From NCBI GenBank assembly GCA_964458565.1, contig CAYWJO010000009.1, positions 1 through 64,000 on the forward strand: a stretch of 64,000 bases of DNA, given 5' to 3'. The position numbers and the translations under genes were made by a program. This document shows positions 30,313 through 40,293 of this stretch, in pieces. Every line of letters begins with the position of its first letter. Positions within the stretch are counted from its first letter, which is position 1. Origin of the DNA: an uncultured archaeon (GTDB lineage: Archaea > Asgardarchaeota > Thorarchaeia > Thorarchaeales > Thorarchaeaceae). The notes beneath the pieces are model-generated. The model did not search any database, was not told where the DNA came from, and was given only the letters and a program-made list of their open reading frames with translations.

Positions 30313-31176
30313 CTAGATCCGATACTGCTCTACAATAGTCTGTAGCTTTTCCTTATCGGTTATGTGGTCTCGTAATTTCGCATCTGTTGGCAAAGCGAGA
30401 CCGGAAGCCAGGTCCGGTTTTTCTTCTCTATAGAGTAAACCAATTGGTACCTTCTCAAATTCCATAGCTTTCTGAATTGCTCCCGCCTTGTCAGATGAAT
30501 CGTGATTTGACTCCTCAAGAGAATATATCCGCTCGTTGAAGAACTTCCATGTCTGTTTTCTATTCCACGTAACGCAAGGCTGAAGGATATCAATAAACGC
30601 AAAACCTCGATGCTCAATAGCTCCTTTCATTAACTCGATGAGTTCCTTCTGTTTCCCTGAATACCCCCGGGCAACATATGTAGCTCCTGCAGTGATAGCA
30701 AGTGATGCCGCATTAACAGGGTCCATTGGAGCTCCTTGAGGTGGGGGTGATGTCTTTGAAATATATCCCCTTGGAGATGCGGGAGAGAATTGTCCTTTTG
30801 TGAGACCATTGACTCCATTGTTGTGCATGAATACTGCGATATTCACATTTCGTCGAGCCGCATGCAAGAAATGACCAAGCCCCTCGCCTAAACAGTCTCC
30901 ATCTCCTGTGTGAACGAATATTCTGAGGTCTGGATTTGCCATATGGGCTCCTGTTGCATAAGCGATTGGTCTTCCGTGTAGGGTATGGATGCTATTCACA
31001 TTGATATAATGGGGAATTTTTCCTGAGCAACCAATACCTGACACAAGAAATAGTTCATGATGCTGTATCTCCAGTTCAATCAGTGCCTTCCTTATCGCTG
31101 CATGTATTCCAAAGTTCCCACATCCTGTACACCAGGTTATCTCCTGAATCCCTTCAAGTTGTTCCTCTGAAATCAT
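30313..31176 (-). CDS. korB: 2-oxoacid:ferredoxin oxidoreductase beta subunit
   Basis: WCTGCG, SGIGCS, GDGD, LTKGQFSP. Confidence 0.9.
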   Translation of the reverse strand: MISEEQLEGIQEITWCTGCGNFGIHAAIRKALIELEIQHHELFLVSGIGCSGKIPHYINVNSIHTLHGRPIAYATGAHMANPDLRIFVHTGDGDCLGEGLGHFLHAARRNVNIAVFMHNNGVNGLTKGQFSPASPRGYISKTSPPPQGAPMDPVNAASLAITAGATYVARGYSGKQKELIELMKGAIEHRGFAFIDILQPCVTWNRKQTWKFFNERIYSLEESNHDSSDKAGAIQKAMEFEKVPIGLLYREEKPDLASGLALPTDAKLRDHITDKEKLQTIVEQYRI

Positions 31177-32888
31177 AGAAAATCACCCTCCTTCAGCTGG
31201 TCAATTATCCATTTTGCTGTCATGGGTCTTCCATCGTATCTATTCACATGATGATGAACATCGAGTCCCGTTTCCATACTCACTAGTTTGGCAAATTGTG
31301 AGGTTACGTTCTGTTCTACAGCAATCATCTTCTTTGATGAATTGAAAACTCCTCTTAGTTTTTCAGTCCTTAATGGATATAGATCACAGTAATGTAATTG
31401 ACTGATGGATACTCCTTCAGATGTAAGTATTTTCACAGCTTCATTGGCAGCACCCCATGTTGAACCCCATGTAAGAAGAGTTGCATCACTATTCTCATTA
31501 CCATAGATCTGAGGAGGATTCAACTCATCAAGAATCAAAGGAATTTTTTTGTAAAACTTCTCTACCATTGCATTCCTGTTATCAGGATCTTCAGTTATGT
31601 GCCCATCCTCTCGATGAACATTTCCTGAACCCACGACAACTTTACCAATATCTCCAGGAAATGCTCGGGGTGAGATTCCATTTTTCGTAAATTGGTATCG
31701 TTTGTATGATTGGGAATTTTCGTCAGCGAGTTTGCCTCTGTCTATCTCTATTGACTTTATATCGAATTCTGGAATGTTCATGATTGAATCAGCAAAGTAT
31801 TGATCGCCAAGGATTAAAACTGGTACTTGAAAACGGTCTGCAAGATTGAAGGCTCGATGTCCAACTTCAAATGCCTCAATAGGATTCTTCGGGGCTAACA
31901 TAATTCTAGGAAATTCGCCTTGGCTTGCATGAAGCATGAAGAGTAGATCTGACTGTTCCGTTCTGGTAGGAAGTCCAGTACTTGGGCCTGGTCTCTGAGC
32001 ATTGTAGATGACGACTGGTGTTTCAGTAATTGCAGCAAAGCCTAAACCTTCAACCATCAATGAGAATCCTCCTCCAGACGTAGTTGTCATAGCTCGTGCC
32101 CCAGCAAAGGATGCTCCTATAGCCATCGCAAGCCCTGCAATCTCATCTTCACTCTGTAGGGTCCCAATTTTCAAGATTTGAGAGTGTTCTACAATTTCCT
32201 GGAATGTAGATGTTGATGGACTCATCGGGTATGAAGAAATCCACTTCACATTACCTGCAATTGCACCGAATGCCAAAGCTTGATTACCATTCAGGATTAG
32301 ACAGTCTTCACAGGTTCCCCTCTCAAGCTCGCTCAGATTCTGACGACATGAGCCATCGAACTTTACAGATGCCAGATCATAGAGCGCTCTAGCCACGTTA
32401 ATATTTCCAGAAACTACTTTTTCTCCTTTTTTTGAGAATATATCCTTCAATGCCGCTTCTGCTAGATTAAATGGGAATTGGACAATGGACAGAACTGCAC
32501 CCATTGCAGCCGCATTCGTCATCTTGACATTTCCACCCACCGTTCGAGCTGTTTCAATTAGAGGTGTGGGAAAATGACATGCCTCAAGGTCTGGAAATTC
32601 AATTGAACTATCGAAAATAATTACCCCATTATCTGCGAGTTTCCCTCTTTGATTAGTTATTGCTTCTTTTGACAGTGCAACAATCACATCCACTTGATCA
32701 ACAGGTGCAAAGATTGGTTCATCTGCCACTCTGATCTGAGTGAAGTTGTAACCCCCTCTGATTCTCGATTCGTAGTCCTTTGTGGTAAATGTGTAGAAGC
32801 CAGCTTTAACGAATATTTGGGTTAGGAGGTCTCCAATAGTGTCAATTCCTTGACCAGCTTCACCTCCAACATTAAATGTGATGTCCAT
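31173..32888 (-). CDS. korA: 2-oxoacid:ferredoxin oxidoreductase alpha (gamma-alpha fusion)
   Basis: GGEAGQG, YPMSPST, EDEIA, QRPGPSTGLPT. Confidence 0.92.
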   Translation of the reverse strand: MDITFNVGGEAGQGIDTIGDLLTQIFVKAGFYTFTTKDYESRIRGGYNFTQIRVADEPIFAPVDQVDVIVALSKEAITNQRGKLADNGVIIFDSSIEFPDLEACHFPTPLIETARTVGGNVKMTNAAAMGAVLSIVQFPFNLAEAALKDIFSKKGEKVVSGNINVARALYDLASVKFDGSCRQNLSELERGTCEDCLILNGNQALAFGAIAGNVKWISSYPMSPSTSTFQEIVEHSQILKIGTLQSEDEIAGLAMAIGASFAGARAMTTTSGGGFSLMVEGLGFAAITETPVVIYNAQRPGPSTGLPTRTEQSDLLFMLHASQGEFPRIMLAPKNPIEAFEVGHRAFNLADRFQVPVLILGDQYFADSIMNIPEFDIKSIEIDRGKLADENSQSYKRYQFTKNGISPRAFPGDIGKVVVGSGNVHREDGHITEDPDNRNAMVEKFYKKIPLILDELNPPQIYGNENSDATLLTWGSTWGAANEAVKILTSEGVSISQLHYCDLYPLRTEKLRGVFNSSKKMIAVEQNVTSQFAKLVSMETGLDVHHHVNRYDGRPMTAKWIIDQLKEGDFL

Positions 32889-32964
32889 TGCAATATCCTC
32901 GATTAAGAATACAGTACAGCGAAATCAAAAACTCGCTATAACTGCTTCTCTAAAACATATTTGG

Positions 32965-33870
32965 TTATTGAATTCTCAGGATAATATTATCTCCCTTATT
33001 CGCTCCCAATGCTCTTGATATGTGGGGACATTTTCCTTTGAGTAGATAGTATGTTTCGACTTCAAGTTCTTCTTGAATTTCTGGGAACGTTTCTATATTT
33101 GCTTGACCTTTTGATATTACAATTTGGCTATCCGAAATGAGTTTGATGAACTCTTCGCTAACCCATTTCCGAGGAGTCCCATGCGCCCATGCTCCAGTTG
33201 TTCTTATGTCTGCAAGTTGATCGATTTCAGTACCTCGAACATCTTCTTCTGTAGCATCGTTAATCATTGGTTGTCCTTTTACTATATAGTAGATTTTCCA
33301 ACCCTTATCCTTCATTATCTGTAAGAGTGGGATATCGAAATAGGTTTCTCCTGCATTATCTGCGAGAAAGGATAGTGTTTCAGAGGATTCACCTAGTCTA
33401 TCCCATAGTGCTTTTGAGTCATCAATTCGAAAACCAACTTGAATTATTTCTTCAAATAATTTCTCTAATTCATCTAAATCTGGTTCATGTCCTGCGGTGT
33501 TATAATCAATAACATTCCCAGTAATTGATGCTGCAATTGCAGCTCGAAACTGCTCATAGCCCTCTAGTTTCTCTATCTTCATTTTTATGAATGGTGAAGC
33601 TTTCTTTGCAGCTTGGTTACTAATTTTTTTGAGCATTTGAAATGGATCCATGTTGTTAGCTGCAATGTATAATTGTTGGTATAGTTGGATTGAGAGTGAA
33701 GCAGGATCTTCCCTTTCCTCAAATCCCTGTGCTAGTCTTTTAAAGGCTGCTGAATATAATTTGAATTGAGTTTCTTTATCATCCGAGAGCAGAGGAATAA
33801 TTGTTTGTAGACTATCGATAATGCAGGTAGAACATTCTTGTGCTAAGGGAACTCTAATTGACTTCGTCAT
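32965..33870 (-). CDS. ARMT1-like / DUF89 damage-control phosphatase
   Basis: ECSTC, GNVID, DNAGE, INDAT, SKGQANIE; start refined to MTKSIRV. Confidence 0.88.
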   Translation of the reverse strand: MTKSIRVPLAQECSTCIIDSLQTIIPLLSDDKETQFKLYSAAFKRLAQGFEEREDPASLSIQLYQQLYIAANNMDPFQMLKKISNQAAKKASPFIKMKIEKLEGYEQFRAAIAASITGNVIDYNTAGHEPDLDELEKLFEEIIQVGFRIDDSKALWDRLGESSETLSFLADNAGETYFDIPLLQIMKDKGWKIYYIVKGQPMINDATEEDVRGTEIDQLADIRTTGAWAHGTPRKWVSEEFIKLISDSQIVISKGQANIETFPEIQEELEVETYYLLKGKCPHISRALGANKGDNIILRIQ

Positions 33871-34369
33871 TCGCTGATTCTTCCCCATTGTGTTCTGCGA
33901 CCATGAGGTATGCATCCTCTCCATCACGATAGTACCCCTTGAGAACTCTCTTAACTTCGAAGTCAAGATTCTCGTAAGCTTTGATTGCTGCGGTATTGCT
34001 TTTCCTGACTTCTAAAAATGACTCGGTTGCACCGTACTCTATCATTCCTGCAATTGCGCTTTCTATAAGCTTTGTACCATATCCCTTGTTTCTGACAGGC
34101 TCTGTTACGGCAACCGATACGATGTGACCTTTTTTTACCGGCTTGCGACCGAAACTCGAAATCCCTCTTTCTATCCTGCACATAATATATCCAATAACTA
34201 TCCCGTCTACTTCTCCAATTAAGAACGCTTTTGGGGCGTGTGCGTGAAGTCCAAGAAAGAATGATTCGGGGTAATTCTCAGGTAAGCAACTCTTGTTTAT
34301 TGCAACAACATCTGCAATGTCATCTTTAGAAAATTCCCTGATGACCAAGTTTGCGGTCACGTTCAACAA
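33854..34369 (-). CDS. rimI: N-terminal acetyltransferase (Ard1/RimI)
   Basis: LPENY, GHIVSVAV, LEVRKSN, YYRDGEDA. Confidence 0.92.
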   Translation of the reverse strand: MLNVTANLVIREFSKDDIADVVAINKSCLPENYPESFFLGLHAHAPKAFLIGEVDGIVIGYIMCRIERGISSFGRKPVKKGHIVSVAVTEPVRNKGYGTKLIESAIAGMIEYGATESFLEVRKSNTAAIKAYENLDFEVKRVLKGYYRDGEDAYLMVAEHNGEESANDEVN

Positions 34370-34432
34370 TGATTCACTCCAAGTTCGTAACCTTGGTACT
34401 TGTTCCTCTTTTATCAGTTATGTCGTGGAACA

Positions 34433-35095
34433 TTAATTTAGCAAGTCCCTCGCTATGCTGATCCAATATGTGGTCTTTTCATCTGAAATTGTATACTGTT
34501 CAGGAATTGGAATATTCTCCATCTCCATTCCAAGCAGGATTGTTTCTACAAGTGTATCAGGATCCGCAGCTGCTAACTCTTCAAGTGTTTTCAAACCTGC
34601 AACTTCATAGATTCCGCGAGAGTCTGTTATCCAATGTTCAGCTGTTTTAATATCAACGTCACACACATCGATAATTGATTCAGCTCCAAAGTAGATTAAA
34701 TCTGATATTGTAGAAACACCAACTCGCATGAGCGTTTCTATGTGTGTAGGAGTTGGTCCTTCAAGAACTTCAATGGGGATTTCGTGTGGTAGTAAACTTG
34801 GATCCATGCGTCCAGGAATGCGTCTCCTTTCCCTTTCCATCTCCTCATCAAATTTTCTTGCATACGAGCCTCTGCTACGTGGATATCCTGCCCTTGCCCG
34901 TGTTACTCGATCACTCATATCGACTGTACAACAGTTACACAGGATACCTAATACCAGAATTGTGGCAGCCATGAGTAGCAAAACTGCAATTACCGTGTTG
35001 GTCCACCATAAAAGTAACGCTCCGATACCAAGCATAATTGAAACGATGAATATCATTAAATTTGAACTTCGGCCCCGTGAAAACATACTCAACAC
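34433..35095 (-). CDS. Membrane-anchored protein with helix-hairpin-helix-like (DUF4332-like) domain
   Basis: 2 N-terminal TM; IEVLEGP..., AGLKTLEELAAADP. Confidence 0.6.
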   Translation of the reverse strand: MLSMFSRGRSSNLMIFIVSIMLGIGALLLWWTNTVIAVLLLMAATILVLGILCNCCTVDMSDRVTRARAGYPRSRGSYARKFDEEMERERRRIPGRMDPSLLPHEIPIEVLEGPTPTHIETLMRVGVSTISDLIYFGAESIIDVCDVDIKTAEHWITDSRGIYEVAGLKTLEELAAADPDTLVETILLGMEMENIPIPEQYTISDEKTTYWISIARDLLN

Positions 35096-35196
35096 CTGCG
35101 ATTATCAACCACTACAGGTTTTCGTGACTTATAAGGAATCTTGCATATGATGTCCTACGAAAGACCTTATTTACTAATCGTAGAACGATAGCACTC

Positions 35197-35769
35197 ATGA
35201 CTGCCCTCTTGATTGGTGGAACACCCGGTACAGGCAAGACAGAGATCGCTTCTCTAATTGCAAAAAATCTTGATGCGCAATTAATCTCAGTTAGTGATAT
35301 TGTAGAGAAATATGGTTGCATCGAAGAGCATGATTCTGATAGAGCGACAGATGTAATCAATGAGGATTGCTTCGTTGATGCTATAATTGATACGCTTGAT
35401 GAAATGAAAGGTAAAATTGTGATAGAGGGTCACTATATCGATTTAGTTCCACGTGAACATGTTTCTGATGTTTTTATTCTAAGGACACATCCTGCTATTC
35501 TGAAAATACGACTGATTGAGCGCGGTTACCCGGCTGAAAAGATCCAAGAAAATGTGGAGGCAGAAGTTATTGGTGTTTGTCAAATGGATGCTTTGGATTC
35601 TTTTGGGGAAGAGATAGTCAAAGAAATTGACACTTCTGAACTATCTCCAATGGATGCAGTCGATGCGGTTCTACGTTTGATTGGATCAAGAGATGGAATA
35701 TGCACTAGAATCGATTGGATGGACTCCCTTGAGGAAACCGGTCAACTTGATGAGTTTCTCTCAAATTAA
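35197..35769 (+). CDS. Atypical adenylate kinase AK6/Fap7 family
   Basis: GTPGTGKT, IEGH, RGYPAEKIQENVEAE. Confidence 0.9.
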   Translation: MTALLIGGTPGTGKTEIASLIAKNLDAQLISVSDIVEKYGCIEEHDSDRATDVINEDCFVDAIIDTLDEMKGKIVIEGHYIDLVPREHVSDVFILRTHPAILKIRLIERGYPAEKIQENVEAEVIGVCQMDALDSFGEEIVKEIDTSELSPMDAVDAVLRLIGSRDGICTRIDWMDSLEETGQLDEFLSN

Positions 35770-35773
35770 TCGG

Positions 35774-36346
35774 TTACTCTCTTTCTCTCATTCCAATAGA
35801 AAACAATCCAGTGACCGCAATCACAATCATAGAGAGCGGAGTTCCAGTTGCAGCAATTGCTGCATCAGGATCGAAAGCTAGTGCGAATGATACCAAGTAG
35901 TAAATCATAGCACCTGCCATAGCCATTAACATTGCAGGAAGGACTGAGAGATAAGGACCTCTTGAGTCGTAATATGAAACTATACCGATGATAATCATCA
36001 GGATTCCAGATATTATAGGAACCACAAAGAATAGGTTTCCATACTGTACGAATGCTGTGAAGAAACTATCAAATCCGATGTCAGGTGGACGAACCATGAC
36101 TTGAAGAAACTGTGTCCATATAGCCATCAAACCTGATATAACTAGAATTACAAGAGGCCATCGATACCTGAGTATGCCTAATTCTCGCTTTCGGAGCTGT
36201 TTTCGTAATTCTTGGGCTTTTTCAATTCTCTCTTGTTCTTTTGTGCGCTCTATTCGTCGCTCTCTAATAGTCAGGCCATCTTCCTCTTCTTCATCCTCAA
36301 TCGAATCTATGAGATCGTCAGCCACATCAGATGGTTCTTCAAACAT
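35774..36346 (-). CDS. Membrane protein with acidic/coiled-coil N-terminus and 4 TM
   Basis: Composition and hydrophobic segments. Confidence 0.7.
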   Translation of the reverse strand: MFEEPSDVADDLIDSIEDEEEEDGLTIRERRIERTKEQERIEKAQELRKQLRKRELGILRYRWPLVILVISGLMAIWTQFLQVMVRPPDIGFDSFFTAFVQYGNLFFVVPIISGILMIIIGIVSYYDSRGPYLSVLPAMLMAMAGAMIYYLVSFALAFDPDAAIAATGTPLSMIVIAVTGLFSIGMRERE

Positions 36347-36413
36347 GATAATTCCTACTCTTTGAATTCATATGTCGTTTATAAGATTCAGTATCTGAGA
36401 AAATATGGCTTGA

Positions 36414-38162
36414 TTATGATATTCTTGGAGATTGTGCAATGGATTTGACAATATCCGTTTCCAACACAGATTCAATTTCTTGCTTAAATTGATTGAGCAC
36501 CACATGAAGCTCGCATGGATTAGAAATAGATGATTCAATTATACAATCATGGAATTGACCCTCAAGATTTTCGATCTCATCGAAATATAATGAATAGATT
36601 AACGCATCAGCTGCATTCTCCAGAAATATCTTAACAGACTCCGAATATATTCTGTTTGTGTGGGCCTCCTGTAACATTACGAATAGGTTATTGAAAGGCC
36701 TAGGATACTTTGGTGAAACAATAGGTACTTCTTCGATGATTCCCGTGTTCAAACATGTGGTGAGTTCGGAGTAGTTAGTAAGGTACTTGATGCAGATGTA
36801 TTTCATGAGTTGTGAATTCAGAATCAACCCAATTGCCTCGTCAGGAAGATGAGAATCGTTTATCGCGATTTTTACGATTCCACCTCCATGAATCACACCC
36901 TTTGGTTTCATTACACATCGTGGATATGGATAATTCTTTGTAGCAACAAGAAACGAATTCGAGTACGATTCTGTCAACGCAGAGTCCCTTTTGAACCAAT
37001 CATTTGAGAATCTTAGATGTTCTTTGTCAATGAAATATCTCTTGACACTTCGACCTGTTGTGATATATGGTACCGAATAAATGGTGCTGGTTTTTTTTCT
37101 GACATTGCTATGTGGAATATCCCTGCCTCTACTTGCGTTAAGAAGCCCTCTGGTTCCTTTTTCAAGAATCTCGTCATATATCTGATCGTGATATATTGAA
37201 AATATCCTACCTGATGAAAATACATTAGATCGAACGTAGTCCGACATTGCTAAATCTTCACGTTTCGATTCAATGTTAATCAAATGGTTTCCTTCACTTT
37301 TCTCTGCCTTACAGAAAATGCTAACCATCTCAAGTGTTACATCTGTAAATGGATTTCCCTCGTCAGTAATTTTGTATAATTTCATTCTCTCAAGTATGAA
37401 TTCCCTTGTTTTTTGAAATTGGCCGACCCTGAGGACACTATTAGGTATTAGAAAACCCAGATGACCTCCAGCTCTAAGCAACTCCCACGCTCTCACTATG
37501 AACAATGCTGCAACATTCCATGTGCCTTTTCTATTCCCATAGACTGGATAGCTTAGCACATCTGCAATTTGCGCTCTTTCATTTTCTGATAACAAATTTC
37601 CATATGGTGGATTTCCAAGTACAATATCAAAACCCGGATTCTCTGTGTTGAATACTGAGGGGTATTGTTTTGCCCAGACGAACCCACTGCTTGGATTTCC
37701 TATCTCGCCCAAGAGACTATTTCCAACTCGGATGTTGCTTATATCAATGGAATTCGTTTCAAACTCTTCATCTTCGCCTTGAACCCAGTTAACTAAATTC
37801 TCCTTACATGCTCCTATAGCTGAGGATTGCAGATCGACCCCAAATAGAGATGACTCAACAATCTCCTTTCTGAGAGTGCACACTTCTGTAGTGTCTCCCA
37901 GATATTGTCGTAATTCCTGGAGCACGTGGCCTGCACTCACTAGGAATACACCATCGCCAACAGAAGGGTCCAGAATCCGGGCCTCTTTTAGTGATTTCAA
38001 AGGACAATTTTCTTTTTCAGACAACCACTCAGCAATCGTAGTCTGGGTGATTTCCCGCGCAATTGCAATCGGCGTGTAAAATGAACCTGTTTCCTTCAGT
38101 TCTGACATGGGTTGATTGTTTCTTGGTCCGTACTCATTTGCTGAACCAATACTAGAACCCAT
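36414..38162 (-). CDS. N6-adenine DNA methyltransferase, gamma class (TaqI/Eco57I-like)
   Basis: GSFYTP, ILDPSVGDGVFL, GFDIVLGNPPY; TRD-like C-terminus. Confidence 0.9.
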   Translation of the reverse strand: MGSSIGSANEYGPRNNQPMSELKETGSFYTPIAIAREITQTTIAEWLSEKENCPLKSLKEARILDPSVGDGVFLVSAGHVLQELRQYLGDTTEVCTLRKEIVESSLFGVDLQSSAIGACKENLVNWVQGEDEEFETNSIDISNIRVGNSLLGEIGNPSSGFVWAKQYPSVFNTENPGFDIVLGNPPYGNLLSENERAQIADVLSYPVYGNRKGTWNVAALFIVRAWELLRAGGHLGFLIPNSVLRVGQFQKTREFILERMKLYKITDEGNPFTDVTLEMVSIFCKAEKSEGNHLINIESKREDLAMSDYVRSNVFSSGRIFSIYHDQIYDEILEKGTRGLLNASRGRDIPHSNVRKKTSTIYSVPYITTGRSVKRYFIDKEHLRFSNDWFKRDSALTESYSNSFLVATKNYPYPRCVMKPKGVIHGGGIVKIAINDSHLPDEAIGLILNSQLMKYICIKYLTNYSELTTCLNTGIIEEVPIVSPKYPRPFNNLFVMLQEAHTNRIYSESVKIFLENAADALIYSLYFDEIENLEGQFHDCIIESSISNPCELHVVLNQFKQEIESVLETDIVKSIAQSPRIS

Positions 38163-38249
38163 ACCAATACCGCCAATAGCCTATTTATACGGGGTAAAAA
38201 ACTGATAAGTGAATGTTAGTATTATATTAGAACTGAGGATTGAATTCTA

Positions 38250-38540
38250 ATGGAATGGGAAAAATATACGAAAGTAACATCCAAGATGCATGAACACAAT
38301 GTAAAGCTCGATGTTGAAACGATGGAACGCTTCAGAGAGATACTGGAGAAGATGAAGGACAAAGATATTGCGATTAAATTTGAATTTCTAAAGAAATATC
38401 TTCGATTGCGACCAGATGATATGGAGGCAATGGAAGAGCTCAAGATAAAGATGAATGATATTGGTGATGTGACATATAGCTCCATCGTTGATGAAATCGA
38501 CCAGAAAATATACTTTTCATTCAAAACACCCGAAGAGTGA
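38250..38540 (+). CDS. Hypothetical charged helical protein
   Basis: 96-aa ORF with GAGG RBS. Confidence 0.6.
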   Translation: MEWEKYTKVTSKMHEHNVKLDVETMERFREILEKMKDKDIAIKFEFLKKYLRLRPDDMEAMEELKIKMNDIGDVTYSSIVDEIDQKIYFSFKTPEE

Positions 38541-38627
38541 TATCCTAGAATTGGATAAAACTCATCCTCTGACTTGCTCAAGGAAGCATCTAACTGAATC
38601 TGATTAGATATTGAATAAAGAAAGAGA

Positions 38628-38650
38628 TAGAGTGGGAAATACCCACTCTA
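38628..38650 (-). terminator. Hairpin TAGAGTGGG/CCCACTCTA
   Basis: 9-bp stem at the stop codon followed by pyrimidine tail. Confidence 0.6.
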
Positions 38651-40135
38651 GATTAAATAGTCATCACTCTGAGCATCGATAGTAATAGGTGGCGGTTTGA
38701 TTGGAGGCGGATTAGTCCCTCCTGAGAGTCTTGTCACTCTGATAGTAATGTCATAATAGTCTCCCGGATACTCCTGAACTCCATTACTTCCAATTAGACT
38801 TACTTTCACGTACATCGTTGCTATGGTAATCTTGTACGACACGTAGTAGTTATCTCCACGATAACTAGAGGAATCATAATCAATTCGATATGTAGATCTA
38901 TAAAAGAAGAGTATAAGCCTCCGATTTGACTTGAACATTGGTTGAATGAGTGGAAATTCAGAAAAAATCTTCATCAACCAATCTCGAGTTTTGTAATCAC
39001 ATATGATTTCAGTAGTAATGTCGTAGTGGAATCCAACACGCCCAAACCAGAAGAATGATACAAGCAACTCTTTCTCAACGAGTAAATTTCTTTTTTGTGA
39101 AATCTTCCTCTTGCTCAGGTGAACATTCTGTGCCTGGAGTTTACGAACCAAATCCTCGAGATTCATACGCATATCCACGCTGATTATTTCTTCAATGAGA
39201 AAATCAGAGAATGTGAGGTCTCTCATCAGACCATGCGCTTTTGTTATAGCTGAAAAGGGCTCATATCCCTTGGGAGGTTCGATTTTATCGTTTGTTATAC
39301 ACTCAGGAAGTTACTATTTTCCTTCATGTAGCAAAGAAGGATTGATGTAACACGCACTTCCTTCAAAAACATGAAGACTTGAATAATCAAATAATTGAGA
39401 GCTTACTTTTCTTACTCCTTTTTCAAATGATGACACGATTTCATCTGAACCGGGTATTATAAAGACTATTAGCGCATTATTACTGTTCGATACCTTGTGG
39501 ACTGATTTTAAGAATAGAAAATTGAACAATCGCTCTCTCAATGGTTCCCATTCTACAGAATCCTTTAACCTTGAAAAGAGGATACATGAACGCAAACCAA
39601 AAGCAGTTAGGTCGTTACGCGCCATCGTTCTAACCCAATGATGTGCTTGAAGGCGTTTGAATGCACCATAGACTGTGCTTCTATTGCGGTTCAGAGCTTT
39701 TGCCATCTCTGTGAAGGGTGTCATCGGATGTCTAATCATATAGCAGAATACCTCTGCATCTATTCCCTGTGGTGGGGTGTGTGGTCGCAATGAAGTCAAA
39801 GCATCTAATATCGCTGAATAAACACTCTCAGGATTTAGAACACGCTGTTTTCTGAGCAGCTTGATATTGTCAATAAGTTGCTCAATCATATCACTAGTCC
39901 AAAGTTCAGTTATATCATCAGTAGGATTTGTTGCATATCTAGGATGTCTGTGAAATTCCAGAGACATCAAATGTATCTGTCTTAACTGAATCAGGTCTTT
40001 GCTGAAAGCAACCTTGGCCTTTATGATATCCAAGAACTATTGAACCTCTGGATTTTCATGATGTAGAATCTCGTCATATTCAGTTGAGATTGTATCTAAT
40101 ATCTCACGTACAGTTGAAGGTCCTTCAAGATTCAT
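38648..40135 (-). pseudogene. Decayed multi-HTH (Lrp/AsnC-like) regulator with in-frame TAG 40037-39, TAG 39314-16, TAA 39311-13, fused to a foreign C-terminus
   Basis: Single frame from ATG 40135 (AGGAGG RBS) through ORFs 39314..40033 and 38648..39226; HTH FTEMAKALNRNRSTV. Confidence 0.75.
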
Positions 40136-40264
40136 TATGCTTACCCTCCTAAGAATGGAATTATGAAATTACTTCTTAATATGAGGATAAACCTTTCCCA
40201 CTTTTTAAAATGAAGGAGGTAGTTTGAAAATTTGTATTAGCTAAGACCAAAAAATAAGTAGAGT

Positions 40265-40284
40265 GAGTGGGAATATTCCCACTC
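40265..40284 (-). terminator. Perfect palindrome GAGTGGGAATATTCCCACTC after SPFH gene
   Basis: 20-bp palindrome followed by ACTCTACTTATTTTT on minus strand. Confidence 0.62.
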
Positions 40285-40293
40285 CCTGAATTA

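Noticed and set aside
33871-33966. Long N-terminus of the DUF89 protein
   Set aside because: Overlaps rimI; the family motif starts near 33870.
39311-40039. Pyrrolysine readthrough of the in-frame TAG codons
   Set aside because: The second TAG is immediately followed by TAA and the gene is also truncated, so decay explains it better.
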